From Podarcis cretensis (lineage: Eukaryota), in contig OX638153.1 in NCBI GenBank assembly GCA_951804945.1, positions 59,396,001 to 59,460,000 on the forward strand: DNA of 64,000 bases. Reading direction: 5' to 3'. The position numbers were made by a program, and so were the translations under genes. Each line of letters begins with the position of its first letter. The stretch's first letter is position 1. Shown here one piece after another: positions 37,201 through 53,117 of the stretch. The notes under the pieces were generated by a model that was not told where the DNA came from, ran no database searches, and saw only the letters and a list, made by a program, of their open reading frames with translations.

Positions 37201-40200
37201 TTCTTGACAGCCCTACATGGTACACTTGGGAGAAAAGATGGGACAGTACCTTTAGGGTTTGAGCAGCAGCCGCCACCACTTGTGTGTGAGGAGAAAGGAA
37301 GCAGTTCATTGCCGCACTGAAGAGGCGGGAAAGGTGAGCCCAGCACAGATCCCACTGCAGCCTAGAGAATGGAGAGACCTTTTGTTATGGACCAGCTGGG
37401 GAGTAGACCCAACACCACCCATCCATCTTCCCCACTGCTCTCCTCCTTACTTTGCCAGATTGACATGTGCCCGCTCCATGACAGATAGCCAGGCCAGCAG
37501 AGGCTGCAGGTCATTTTCACTGGGTAAATAGTCATATAGGGCCTGGTAAAGCAGAATAGATAGCGTTATTGGTGGTTTACTGCATCTGCATTGTTTTAAA
37601 GTTGTATTGATACTAGCTCGTGAACTGCTTTGAGAAGGGTTTTTGCCTTGGAAAGTAGGATATATATGTACCAAAATGAATAACTAAATATTTGAGCCCC
37701 CAGGGCTGGTTATGCACCTCCCACTCATCTAGCCTGACTCTTACAGTACTCACCATGATGATCTGGGCATTGAGTTCAGCTGGCAGGCAGGATGGGGGCG
37801 GCTGGGCAACGAAGAGGCTGTGGAAAGCTTTCATAGCACATGCTGTCACTAGCTGGTGGGTGGAGAGAAGATGTGTAAAAATAAGTTCTTTTAAAAGCAC
37901 CAGATACATTGGCTCCCCCACAAAAGCCAGTGTGCCAAATATGGTAATGGAGTGTCCCTCCTAAAGTGACAGGGCAATTATTTCCCATCCTCAAGAGGGA
38001 ACATAGGTAATTCATACCAAGCTCCCATTGGTAACAAACAAAGACTATTCATGCTTTCATTCTTATTGAAGCATGTTGGCTCTCCCCACTGGGCGGTGTG
38101 GCATCCCCTGAGCAGAGGCAGCACCACAAAGCCACTGTTAACCAACAGAAGAGAGCTCACCACATGGCTGAGGGTCATAACTCGAAGGAGGGTCTCGCAG
38201 CAAGATTTGACAGATGGGGCAGGCAGGCAGGGCAGCAAGTCACGCAGCAGAGTGAGTACATGAAGAGTGGTTGTGGCCTCTTTGGCACCTGGAAAACCAA
38301 AGAGGTCTAGCACTGCTACCTTCTCCAACACAGTTTATTATTATAAAACTCACAGCCCACCCTTCAGAGAGATTTGTTCCAGAGCAGCTTGCAAATATTA
38401 ATAAAACACAACTCATGAATCTCCTGTCTCCAATACCTCCAGCTTTCTCAATCTCTTGCACGCAGAACTTGGCAGCAGAAGATGCAGCTGGGTGATGCGA
38501 GGGAGCCCCATCCCCAAAGAGGAATTCGCTACCTCTCAGGATGGAGCAAACGCCATGCTGAGCAGCCTTGCGGACCTGCAACCAAGGAAAGGGGAGGGAG
38601 AGAGGGTGGTGAGCTGGGCTGTTTACTTCATGCCCAACTCCAAGCAGTTACATACTGGAAATGGGCTACATCTCTTATTACACTTTATTGTTAGCCCCCA
38701 TAGGCATTCCACATGGAAAGGTGGGACATACATTTAACAGATGAAACAAAAGTGAAAGTTAGTGTGGCAGCGTTGGGGTGCATGCTGCCAAGTGCAGTGA
38801 AACTGACTGGTTTGTGCTGAGCAGGGTAGGTGATGTGAACTCACCTTGGGCTTGACATGGACAGTAAAGCTCAGAATGCCATGAAAAACTTGCATTGTCA
38901 CAGGGTAATTCCAAGCTACCAGGTTCTGTCTTCGCAGCAATGTAGCTAGGCAGGAGAGCACCTGAAAGGAGACAGATTAAGGATGGACATAGAGTGCTAT
39001 CACTATGCCAAGAAACATCCTTCCAGTTTTAAATTTCTGATGCATCTGACACCACTACCTACGCCCTTTATCTTTGGGCCTATCAACAGGATTCATTCAA
39101 CCCAGCACTGCTCCACACACCTTGCTTGTGGGGGTGGTGGGGTGAAAAGCAATAAACCAAGAAGCTATGCAGAATGGCCCCTGACTCCGGGACATGCATT
39201 TTTAATTTATTTATATTTCATTTCTGCATTATTTCCCATGAAACATGACAAAGGGATTTCACAATACAATCACAAGGGCACATCACACTACATAAAGGAT
39301 TCCATTAATCACAACAGCTGCCTACACCCAATATCCAGATGTCCCTCCTGCCCCACAGTTAGTCCTCTCCTGAAACACTTACCCAGCGCAGGGCCGAGGT
39401 GGAGTCTCCACAGGCTTGGGAGCCTAAGATCCCCATAAAGGCCTTTGATGTATCAGAGAACTTCTTGATCAGCACAGGACCTGGTACCCTATTTGGGAGT
39501 TAAGAGATAGGAGGAGGCATCAATGTTAGGCAAAAACAATAGCAAGTACAGTCATACCTTGAAAGTCGAACGGAATCCACTACAGAAGTCTGTTCAACTT
39601 CCAAAATGTTCAGAAACCAAAGTGCGGTTTCTGATTGGCTGCAGGAAGCTCCTGCAGCCAACTGGAAACCACGGAATCCCAGAATGTTTGAAAACCAGAA
39701 CACTCACTTCCGGGTTTCAATCATTCAGGAGCCAATTCGTTCGGGAGCCAAGGCATTCAAGATCCAAGGTATGACTATATTCCACTACCCTTTGCTTCCA
39801 AGGAACTTTAATCTCTTGCAGCTAGGCTTAGTTTGGTAGCACCCTATACTTCTAAACTCCCAGTACATGAATCACCCACTCCATTTCAAAAGACAAGAGA
39901 GTCACCAAAGGCCCAGACCAGCTCTTGCACTTCATCACTTGCACAGTTATCCACTGTCAAATGTAAGAGCAACAACATCCACACTTGGGTCATGGTGGGG
40001 AATTCTGGTCATCTTATCTAAACAGAGATATTGTGAAGTGGTAAATGTACACAGAAGTGCTTGAGTGATGAGGGCTGCAGAAAAGATACCAGAAAATGAA
40101 TGTCTAATAGATTCAAGATTTTTTATCATTAAGGACAGTTTAAAAGGTCAGGGACAAAAAATTGCTAGGGGACTTTTATTTCAGTAACACATCATATTAA

Positions 40201-43200
40201 TGTGTCAATCAATTAAAAAGCAACAGCAACACAAAGTGGAAGGATATTTATCTTGGGGACTCATTGCCAAAATACAAGAAAAAAGAGGTCAAGAGTGTAA
40301 ATGGATTCACAACAGGGCCCAACGCATTCAATAGCTACATCCAGATCAGCCTTTGTCCGGGAAATAGTCAAGATAGCACTGAAGGTTATGCTTGCATCCT
40401 CAACTGTTCTAATCCTTTTCTAAAGCATCCTGATGTGGGCCACTGGTTTGGTCCAGAAGTACTTTTCTCATGTTCTTCGAACTCACCTCTTCAACACCAG
40501 ATTCAGCAGGTAAGCAACAGCAGCCAGGGACTCTGGAGATTCCACAGCTTCCAGAGTAGTCATCTGAGGAGACATAGTATCGTGCAGGAAGTAATTAGAA
40601 AGGATGTTGGACTCCCTGGGATTGCATCTTGAAGTCTAACGGAGCACCTTTAGGTTAGTGGTTTGTTTTTGCTCTTATTATGTTTATATTACCGTATTTT
40701 TCGCTCGATAACACGCATCCGACCATAACACGCACATAGTTTTTAGAAGAGGAAAACAAGAAAAAAAATATTCTAAACGAAACAGTGGATGTCTGATTTT
40801 TGTGGTTCATGCTGTGGCCACAGACATGTGATCTGACGGTGAGTTTGGAGTAGCCCAATGCAAAAATCCTGAGGATCCATGTGGATCCATGTTTGTAACC
40901 ACGTTTTTGCACCACTGTGGCCCCAGGCAACAGTGGGTGCGTGATTTTTTTGGTGCAAACTGTAGCCATGGACATGCTATGTGATCTGATGGTGAATTTG
41001 GGGTGACCCAGTGCAAAAATCCTGAGGATCCATGTGGATCTGTGCTTTGTAAAAACGTTTTAAGTGCGGAGGGAAGGAAAACCACTCAAGGGACAAGGAG
41101 CACGCGTGGAGTGTGTGGAGAAGGATGCTGCTAATAATGCAGAAGAGGGGTATAAGGGGAGAAGGCTCCTCTCCTCTCCCGCTTTGCTCCTTTAAAGCAA
41201 GCAGTTTCTGCTTCTCTCCCTCCTCCCCCCGCCCCCCAGCGAGCTGAAAATCTTTCCTGCTATTTCCAGCAAAGCGGGAGAAGAGCCGCTGAGTGGGGAG
41301 GAGAGAGATACAGAGAGCCTGCTTGCTTTAAAGAAGCCAACCAGACAGGAGCCGCTTACACTCGTGTAAGCGGCTCCTCTCCTCTCCCGCTTTGCTCCTT
41401 TAAAGAAGCAGGCTCTCTGTCCCTCTCTCCTGCCCATTCAGTGGCTCTTCTCCCGCTTTGCTGTTTCAAAGCGAGCCATGGAGGAGGGAAGCATTCGCTC
41501 CGTAACACGCACAGACATTTCCCCTTACTTTCTAGGAGGAAAAAAAATGTGTGTTATGGAGCGAAAACTACGGTATGTACTTTGTGGTTTTATTCTGTAT
41601 TTTTACGCTATGAACCACCCTGAGATCTTCAGATGAAGGGCAGTATCCAAATTTAAATAATAATAATGGCAACAATAACCTGGCCATATGCTGGCTCATG
41701 TGACAATCTTCCCCCACCTCCCATATTGTTATGATAAAATGCAGGATATGCTGCAGGGAGCACCCAATCATAGCACACCACCACCAGTATATGAGTGTCA
41801 GAAATATAGACGAGGGCTGTGTTGTGGGGCTCAATTGTTATCATGAGTTCATTGGCTCCCTCTGCAGTTGCTACCATGGATGCACCATTTTGCAGTTTTC
41901 TTAGTGGTATATTTCCCTGTTCCCTAGGCTGAGTGCATATCAAGTGGAGCCTTATCTCACCACCACCACTCCGACTGGTGTTTGGAATTGTTTCATCCAG
42001 TGGGATTGGTGTTGGTTGTGCTTACTGAATTTTATTTAAGCTTCCCTGAAAATTTTCCTTGAAGGGCAAGATGTAAACATAGTAATAAAATAAATAAGTA
42101 AAAAGCATGAAGGGAAGCAAGATAAACTGTTCATGCAAATGCTACAAGGTCTTGCCATTACTTCCTGTCTGCTATTTGCCCTATGACGGTCAAGTCTGTT
42201 TGTTTATTGGGATTATTGATGGGTACTGCCATCACAGCAGTTGTTGGTAACCACACTCAACTGTACATATTAGTGACCTGAAACCTCCAGGTAGCTCCTG
42301 CCTGCCTCATTTCACAGTACTGGTACTTACCAATGCACCAAAATACTCTGTCTCACTCTCTACGCCACCCTGTGCTCGGATCACCTCGGTGACAGCAGCC
42401 AATACCGCACATATCTATCAAAGAATACAAGTGTGAGAGTTCAGATTAAAGCCCAAATTAATTTAACATTCCCTCACAACATGCCACCCCAACACCTACA
42501 TGTAAGTATTGTTGTCCATCCCCATGAATGCTTCCCGGAGAGACTGAAAACTTCACCACTGATTACTGGTCAGCATGAGTTTGACATAGATAAGCAAATA
42601 GTTGGAAGAGCAGATCAGCTATCTATAACCACTGTGCTGCGCTCTTGAGCTGACATGAGAGTAGGAAGGTTGTGTCAGAACTACAGATCCAGGGAGATGA
42701 GCGGTAGATTGACATTCATTTCACTTGCTCCTTCAATCTGGAGATGGAGGCACAATGCCCACTTTTCTAATTCTTGCAATCTAAGTATGAATTCAAGTTC
42801 TGCTTTAAATTTCCAAAATGGCATAGCAATTCTTTCTCCATTTCCCTCAGAACAATGAAGGTGTCAAAGTGCCCCCAATATGTAGCAGGAAGCCAGTGCA
42901 TTCATAATGTGCCTCTGAGGGTCCATCTCTTACATTATTACCAGACAGCCATCAACTACAAACTGTTCAATCTGGAATAACAAATATAGTGCACACAGTT
43001 CTCAGTTACAAAGGGAGAGAGGCAGACTGGCAACTCTTATGAATATGATTACAGTGGTACCTCAGGTTAAGAACTTAATTCGTTCCGGAGGGCCGTTCTT
43101 AACCTGAGGTACCACTTTAGATAATTGGGCCTTCCGCCGCCGCACAATTTCTGTTCTCATCCTGAAGCAAAGTTCTTAACCTGAGGTACTATTTCTGGGT

Positions 43201-44565
43201 TAGCGGAGTCTGTAACCTGAAGCGTCTGTAACCCGAGGTGCCACTGTATTACTTATTAATATTGTAGCTTTAGGGCAGTTAACAATGAGCTAACAACATA
43301 ACTGCTGCTTGTGTGACACACTGTCAGTTGACTGCTGTAACTTCTTTTAGTCTATCACTTTGGTTGCTTGGTATCCACTTTTCTGCATTCCTTCTAATGT
43401 ATCGTTTCCCACTTTCTTCTCTGCTGGCATCTCTTCCACTCCATCTCCTCTTACAGTCAAAAACTGACTTTTTCCTCTGTGTGCTTTCCCCCAATATTCT
43501 TTGCCCCTCCCTTTCACTGCCCTTGTGACTTCCTAGGAGTTGGCATTCAATTACCTCCTTGTGAGCCGCAGAGTTGGACTCCCAGAAACGCTGCACTTTA
43601 CTGAAGGTGAGGCTGGTGCAGTCACTCAGTCCACTCAGGAAGGTGGCTGAAGATTTGTGGGTCTTAGCAGTTTCGGCATTGTCATCCTCCTCCATGTGCA
43701 GCTGACTCCCTTCCCCATCCCGTGAGGCAGGCAGGGGTCCTGATGACTGCAGTTCATTGTGCAGTTTCAGAGCATCCACAGTCAGGTTACTGTTTTCTGT
43801 AAGGGAGACAAACCTTCAATCAACACTGGGGAGGGAACACACTTCATAACGGATTGCTATGAGGTTTCTGTCCATATAAGGCCTACCAAGAGAGTCGCAA
43901 ATGACAAGCCAAGTTGTTTCCAGGCAATCCAGAAAGGAGTTTAATCCACAACAGGCTGGCCATGGCTTTAGATAGCTACTCACTGGCTTGGTATCAAAGT
44001 TTGCACAAGTATCCTTCCACAACTATTATTCCAACTTAATCATCAATGAACAAGCACTACAGACAGCGGTACTTCACCCATAGCAACAAGGGTGGCTGCG
44101 GAAAATGAAATGTCACACTTAATAGGAGAAAATATATACTTCTTGTCTTTTGTATTGTGTTATGGGGCACATAAGATGCTGACACTAGCTATATCACACA
44201 GGGTGGGTACAGGAACTCATTCATGTCGGACAGTTCCAGTTTTAACGTTCAATAACGTAGGATAACTAAACAAAGTACATTTCTCCGGGTGAAGAATGCT
44301 TTTCTTCAACCCCATGACGCCATAAGCCCTTGTAGGAGATTTCTCTCTCTCTGAATCCCTTCTATTCCGATCCCCCCTCCTTCTATAAGTGCATTCTATT
44401 CCCCCACTTATCCTGGCCGCACATACCGGATCGGGGAGCGAGCAAGCGACCCCGGGCAGCCAGGCGGTAGCGTCTCCCCTCCGGGTTACTGTCGCTGCTA
44501 TGCCCCTTGCGCCAGCGCTTGAGTTTACTGGCAGAGCCAGAGCGCAGCTTGCCCGAACGCCCCAT
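23983..44565 (-). CDS. RRP12: RRP12-like protein (ribosomal RNA processing 12, HEAT/NUC173), spliced gene span (34 exons, 3894 nt, 1297 aa)
   Basis: [10 protein letters not shown]...[11 protein letters not shown]...[23 protein letters not shown]...[10 protein letters not shown]...; all 33 introns GT-AG with continuous phase; total length divisible by 3 with terminal TGA. Confidence 0.97.
24342..24447. repeat. Short palindromic (hairpin) interspersed element in RRP12 intron 33
   Basis: agttct...attgaaattaa / ttaatttcaat...agaacta inverted arms. Confidence 0.55.
24484..24563 (-). CDS. RRP12: RRP12 exon 33
   Basis: [26 protein letters not shown]. Confidence 0.95.
25032..25099 (-). CDS. RRP12: RRP12 exon 32
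   Basis: [10 protein letters not shown]...YKAK. Confidence 0.93.
25704..25782 (-). CDS. RRP12: RRP12 exon 31
   Basis: [16 protein letters not shown]...PQYK. Confidence 0.9.
26018..26067 (-). CDS. RRP12: RRP12 exon 30
   Basis: [17 protein letters not shown]. Confidence 0.9.
27017..27133 (-). CDS. RRP12: RRP12 exon 29
   Basis: ATKPG...[13 protein letters not shown] plus E9 tract. Confidence 0.93.
27260..27432 (-). CDS. RRP12: RRP12 exon 28
   Basis: MEEVLADSD...[17 protein letters not shown]. Confidence 0.94.
27617..27775 (-). CDS. RRP12: RRP12 exon 27
   Basis: [19 protein letters not shown]. Confidence 0.93.
28164..28255 (-). CDS. RRP12: RRP12 exon 26
   Basis: [14 protein letters not shown]...IRKFG. 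Confidence 0.95.
28625..28782 (-). CDS. RRP12: RRP12 exon 25
   Basis: [16 protein letters not shown]. Confidence 0.95.
29162..29269 (-). CDS. RRP12: RRP12 exon 24
   Basis: [18 protein letters not shown]...FEFK. Confidence 0.95.
30234..30339 (-). CDS. RRP12: RRP12 exon 23
   Basis: [17 protein letters not shown]. Confidence 0.95.
31248..31328 (-). CDS. RRP12: RRP12 exon 22
   Basis: [13 protein letters not shown]...LVPE. Confidence 0.94.
31470..31628 (-). CDS. RRP12: RRP12 exon 21
   Basis: [13 protein letters not shown]...SPAKR. Confidence 0.95.
32412..32505 (-). CDS. RRP12: RRP12 exon 20
   Basis: [16 protein letters not shown]. Confidence 0.93.
32808..33141 (+). mobile_element. Sauria SINE, near full length
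   Basis: gggttaaaccacagagcctagg...ggcagttcgaatccc (B box)...gaccttt tail. Confidence 0.88.
33228..33295 (-). CDS. RRP12: RRP12 exon 19
   Basis: [22 protein letters not shown]. Confidence 0.92.
33736..33782. repeat. (TTA)n microsatellite
   Basis: Direct observation. Confidence 0.95.
34060..34214 (-). CDS. RRP12: RRP12 exon 18
   Basis: [17 protein letters not shown]. Confidence 0.95.
34243..34283. repeat. (GAAA)n microsatellite
   Basis: Direct observation. Confidence 0.95.
34390..34552 (-). CDS. RRP12: RRP12 exon 17
   Basis: IWTLLPGFC...[13 protein letters not shown]. Confidence 0.95.
34659..34723 (-). CDS. RRP12: RRP12 exon 16
   Basis: [11 protein letters not shown]. Confidence 0.93.
35319..35440 (-). 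CDS. RRP12: RRP12 exon 15
   Basis: [16 protein letters not shown]; AAG acceptor. Confidence 0.93.
35964..36106 (-). CDS. RRP12: RRP12 exon 14
   Basis: [14 protein letters not shown]...[12 protein letters not shown]. Confidence 0.94.
36392..36506 (-). CDS. RRP12: RRP12 exon 13
   Basis: [14 protein letters not shown]. Confidence 0.94.
36602..36702 (-). CDS. RRP12: RRP12 exon 12
   Basis: [11 protein letters not shown]...CKMF. Confidence 0.93.
37250..37361 (-). CDS. RRP12: RRP12 exon 11
   Basis: [14 protein letters not shown]...LSPHTQV...QTLK. Confidence 0.93.
37451..37542 (-). CDS. RRP12: RRP12 exon 10
   Basis: [19 protein letters not shown]. Confidence 0.95.
37754..37852 (-). CDS. RRP12: RRP12 exon 9
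   Basis: [14 protein letters not shown]...ELNAQIIM. Confidence 0.95.
38161..38288 (-). CDS. RRP12: RRP12 exon 8
   Basis: [14 protein letters not shown]...VMTLSHV. Confidence 0.95.
38437..38575 (-). CDS. RRP12: RRP12 exon 7
   Basis: [13 protein letters not shown]...EIEKAG. Confidence 0.95.
38845..38961 (-). CDS. RRP12: RRP12 exon 6
   Basis: [12 protein letters not shown]...HVKPK. Confidence 0.95.
39383..39488 (-). CDS. RRP12: RRP12 exon 5
   Basis: [18 protein letters not shown]...ALRW. Confidence 0.95.
39549..39777. mobile_element. Tc1/mariner-type MITE
   Basis: TA flanks; TIR cagtcataccttg / caaggtatgact. Confidence 0.8.
40487..40563 (-). CDS. RRP12: RRP12 exon 4
   Basis: [25 protein letters not shown]. 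Confidence 0.95.
40692..41573. mobile_element. Non-autonomous Tc1/mariner (pogo/Tigger-like) element, ~880 bp
   Basis: TA flanks; TIR ccgtatttttcgctc / gagcgaaaactacgg; internal direct repeats. Confidence 0.85.
42331..42414 (-). CDS. RRP12: RRP12 exon 3
   Basis: [28 protein letters not shown]. Confidence 0.95.
43052..43246 (-). mobile_element. Tc1/mariner MITE (cagtggtacctc family), shorter variant
   Basis: TA flanks and TIRs; reverse-complement similarity to 48562-48802. Confidence 0.88.
43555..43796 (-). CDS. RRP12: RRP12 exon 2
   Basis: [12 protein letters not shown]...[11 protein letters not shown]. Confidence 0.95.
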
Positions 44566-44850
44566 TCTGAACGGCGCAGGCCACGAGAAATCCCACGTGC
44601 AGCTCCTCAGTTCCGCCTTGTTTTCCAAGTACTTCCGGTTATCCGCCTCCGTGCGGAGAATCAACTTCCGCTTTCCCTTCAACGTTTTCCGCCGCTATCC
44701 AAAGAGGTAAAGGGAAAAAAATACAACATCCACTTCCGACCCCGTTAATAACCCTCCGTATGCGACGAAAGGGTAGTGGGCGTAAAAGGCCGGGAGTAGA
44801 ATCTTAATGCTGCCGCAAGTCCTTGACTCACTAGATGAGTCTATTTGTCT
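44400..44850 (-). promoter_or_regulatory. RRP12 CpG-island promoter
   Basis: CACGTG at 44594; several (C)CGGAAGT ETS cores near 44631, 44663, 44731; TGACTCA/TGAGTC pair near 44824. Confidence 0.75.
44427..44565 (-). CDS. RRP12: RRP12 exon 1
   Basis: [28 protein letters not shown]; |gtatgt. Confidence 0.95.
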
Positions 44851-45083
44851 GCTATGGCAGCAGAAGGTGTTTTCTTTTTTTAAAAAAGGTGGTTAAATTG
44901 TTCACGAGCGTGGTGAGGATTGATAGCAAAAATTAGATATAAAGCGGATTTCGAACTTGTGTTTTTTTTTAATTAACTAAAACTATTGTTTAATGCCATA
45001 TTCGTTGATCCCATTCCTTCTTGACAATTATTCGCAGAAAGGCATGGGTTCCAACTCCATCTCTGCCGGGTATTAGTGTATTG

Positions 45084-45489
45084 ACTACAAACGCCCAAAT
45101 TTAGAATCCCCTCCATACCAGTGCCAACGTTTTGCAATCGTTTTGCAGAGTTTTTCAGCCCAATTTTACGTTTTGCAGTGGCCCCCGAACTGAGAAATTG
45201 ATACATCAAACCAGGGGTCATGGGTGTCACCTCAAAACCCAATGTTGTCCAATACTCTCCAAACCAGTGCCAAAGTTTTGCAGTTGTTTTGCAGCAGAAA
45301 CCTCAAGCTTTGCAGCACTTTCCAAACAGTGTTTTCTAGTTAACAGCACTCCAAACCCCAGCTTGTCTAATTTACTCCAAATGGATAGTTTGATGAATCT
45401 GTTTCACAGTTTGGGGGATGTGGCAAAATGCCTGAATAACTTAGGCACCGGTTTGGAGGAGATCCCAAGTTTTGGGGTTCATTGTTAGT
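45084..45489. mobile_element. Unclassified TIR element (~400 bp)
   Basis: About 45-bp imperfect terminal inverted repeats ending ...ctcca(t/a)acc(a/g)gtgcc. Confidence 0.55.
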
Positions 45490-45775
45490 GAAGCTAGATG
45501 TAGCACTCAAAAGTGCTACATTTTGTTTTCAAGAGCAAGGCTGGTGGAAAATATAACACCAGTTTGTCTTGTATGAAATTTGGGTAACCTGGAGGCACAG
45601 TGCCTTAGGCAGCATTGATTAGTGTCAACACTGTGACCAGGTGCCTTGGAGGCCATTTATGGAAGAGTGTGCCTTTTGGAGGTAAAGTCAAACCATTGGA
45701 GAGTTACAGCACCTGCTGTGTCTCTAGATACCAATACAGGAAATATATGTTTTATTGCAGGTGGGGCAGAGGAAG

Positions 45776-45920
45776 CAGGAGTGCCAACTTGGACCTGTGA
45801 CCATGGGTGCCCGGGCCCATGGTGCCATGCAGTGCGCATGGCCCTGGCAGCAACATTTGTGGGTGCCAAGCCCCTTCATGGGGAATTTTGTGGGTGCTCG
45901 TGTTGGAGTTGGCACCTGTG
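45776..45920. mobile_element. hAT-like MITE
   Basis: Termini gtgccaact / agttggcac. Confidence 0.5.
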
Positions 45921-45959
45921 AGGGGAAGACATCCATTACAGGTGCACTGTGATTTTGCT

Positions 45960-46420
45960 TCTCTCTGTGCTCCTCCCAGCGGTCATTCCTCCTCTGGTCC
46001 ATGCTGTGGATACACAATCTGTCTGTTTCCAGGCACTGTGAACATCTGCAAGGGATTCCCACACTGCAAGATTAATGTTGTCAACCTTCATGTCGTGTTT
46101 GTGGACATCTTTGTAACACAGAGTTGGTGTAGTGTAGAGATCCTTGGGGATCCTGCCTGTCTGGTCATGTGTACATGACCAAGGCTGCTAAGACAGAAGT
46201 GCAAATAGGCTGGGAATGTGGGCTTGGGAGAGCACATCTTTGTTTGAGACTCTGTCCTGCCATGTGATGCCCAAAATCTTCCTGACGCAGCACATATGGC
46301 TCCTGCCCATGACTCACTTCCACAAAGCAGCACGCTCAACTTGCAAGCCTAGAAGACCTTCATTTTGGTATTGGTTGTTAGCATCACATTCTCTCATACA
46401 CTTTTGTGAAGATTTTTTCA
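45960..46420 (-). mobile_element. RTE-clade LINE fragment
   Basis: - strand SVLLCGSESW, then after a frameshift RKILGITWQDRVSNKDVL, then LGHV. Confidence 0.8.
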
Positions 46421-48069
46421 GGCCAGTATCACTTTAGCTGGGGTGGGGGTCAGATATCTGCCCTGCTTTGAGCACAACAGGAAGAAAATAAGGTGGGACT
46501 TTCATTCCTTTACACTCTAGCTTTCTAAAGGCAGAATTCCCTGCCACAGAAGAGGAACATTCAAGCATGCAAAGTTGCAAACCCCTGATGTCTGGACTGG
46601 CTATGAGCCTGTGCTATAGGTGTTAAGTGTCTACTGTTCACTACCATGTGGCTGTTCCAAAGCATTCATCCTATGCAAGCTGGTGCTCATTCTGAAGGAC
46701 GTCATCTGGAATTTATGGCTCCGCTTATGATACAACTCTAACCTGCCCAGTCTGGCTCCTTAGGGATCTACCCTCCTTGGTGTGTTAAATAACATCTTGA
46801 ATTAAGGGTGAAATTTAAAAACAGAGCAGTCCACAGGGATGAAGGGGTAGCACCAGATGAAACGGGGGAGAGAGAGAAAGTATATTTCTGGATGAGCAAG
46901 TTGTGTCCTCACGTTAAGATTTCTGGCAGAAAAATTACCGTAATGTTAATGACAGGTGTCTAGCAGCTGAAGGGGATGGAGTGAGGGCGAGCTCATTAAT
47001 TTGGGGGGGCACTCCCCCCCGCGCCCCTTCTAGCACTGCCCATGTGGGATCCCCAGGCACATTGCAATGGTGACCAGCCCAGCGGATGAAGGTCACGTTG
47101 CCCTTCGCGTGCGCTTCGTGAGCGCCGTGCCGGAGGAAGCGACCAGGCGCCTCCTTCTGGACGCATGCGCCAAACCTTCATAGTTCCTCCTAAAAAACGC
47201 ACGTATGAATTCCAGTCTGAGACACAGACTGCCGGATCGAAAACCAGAGCATGCGCAATACTGAATCCGGAGGGAGGGGTTGAGTGGGGCTAGAATGCCC
47301 ATAGAGATTGTAACGTTACAGAGGTACAATTCAACTATCTGGAGGCAAACTTCCTGGCTCCTTTAAAAGAGGTTTTAGTTTCTCCTGGGTTGGAAGAACT
47401 GCTCAGAGAAGTCAGTGAATGGAGATATTAATAATTTTTATGTAGCGTGCTCCTTTGGAATCCAGATCTTATTTTGTGTGGCAGGTGCTGTTTAACATAG
47501 TTTCAATACACTGACAAATTGCTCGGCCATTAGCCAGGTATTTCATATGGAGCCCACTTGCAAACTAGAGATGGGCCTGAGCCTTGTTTCCAACAACAAC
47601 AACAAGCCCCATAGAAAACACACTTAAGGTTGCCACGAATATACTTTAATTATCCCCTCCTCGGACTTGTTCACAGCCGAAATTGGCGATCAACTCTGTT
47701 GAATAACTTGAATAAAAATGCGCGTTTAGAAACATGTCTTAAATATGATTTTCACACGAAAAGTTCAGCACACCTATCTTGGCTGCTGCGTTTGGCGAGG
47801 GGGAAGCTCTGCTGCCCAATCACAACTAAGCCGAAACCTTAGATTTCTTTCTTTCTTGATGGGCAACTCTCATTTCTCTTGGGTAGAAAAACGTTATGCG
47901 AAAAGCGAGCCCGGAATTTGTCCGCTGCCTGTCTGAGCGGATGCCTAAGATGCGCTGGTCTTTGGGCGCACGCCCCTTGCCTGGCCGAGAGTCTCCCGGT
48001 CGGTGGCGTCGCAGTGTGCAGAGTGCATCCGCGGCGCTTGCATAGCATCCCAGCTTCTCGGTTCCCGCC

Positions 48070-53117
<5,048 letters not shown>

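Noticed and set aside
24086-44426. Intronic snoRNAs in RRP12
   Set aside because: No convincing C/D or H/ACA structure found by eye; an Infernal/Rfam scan would be decisive
44566-44682. In-frame TTG-initiated N-terminal extension of RRP12
   Set aside because: Overlaps promoter motifs; the ATG at 44565 matches the recalled conserved start
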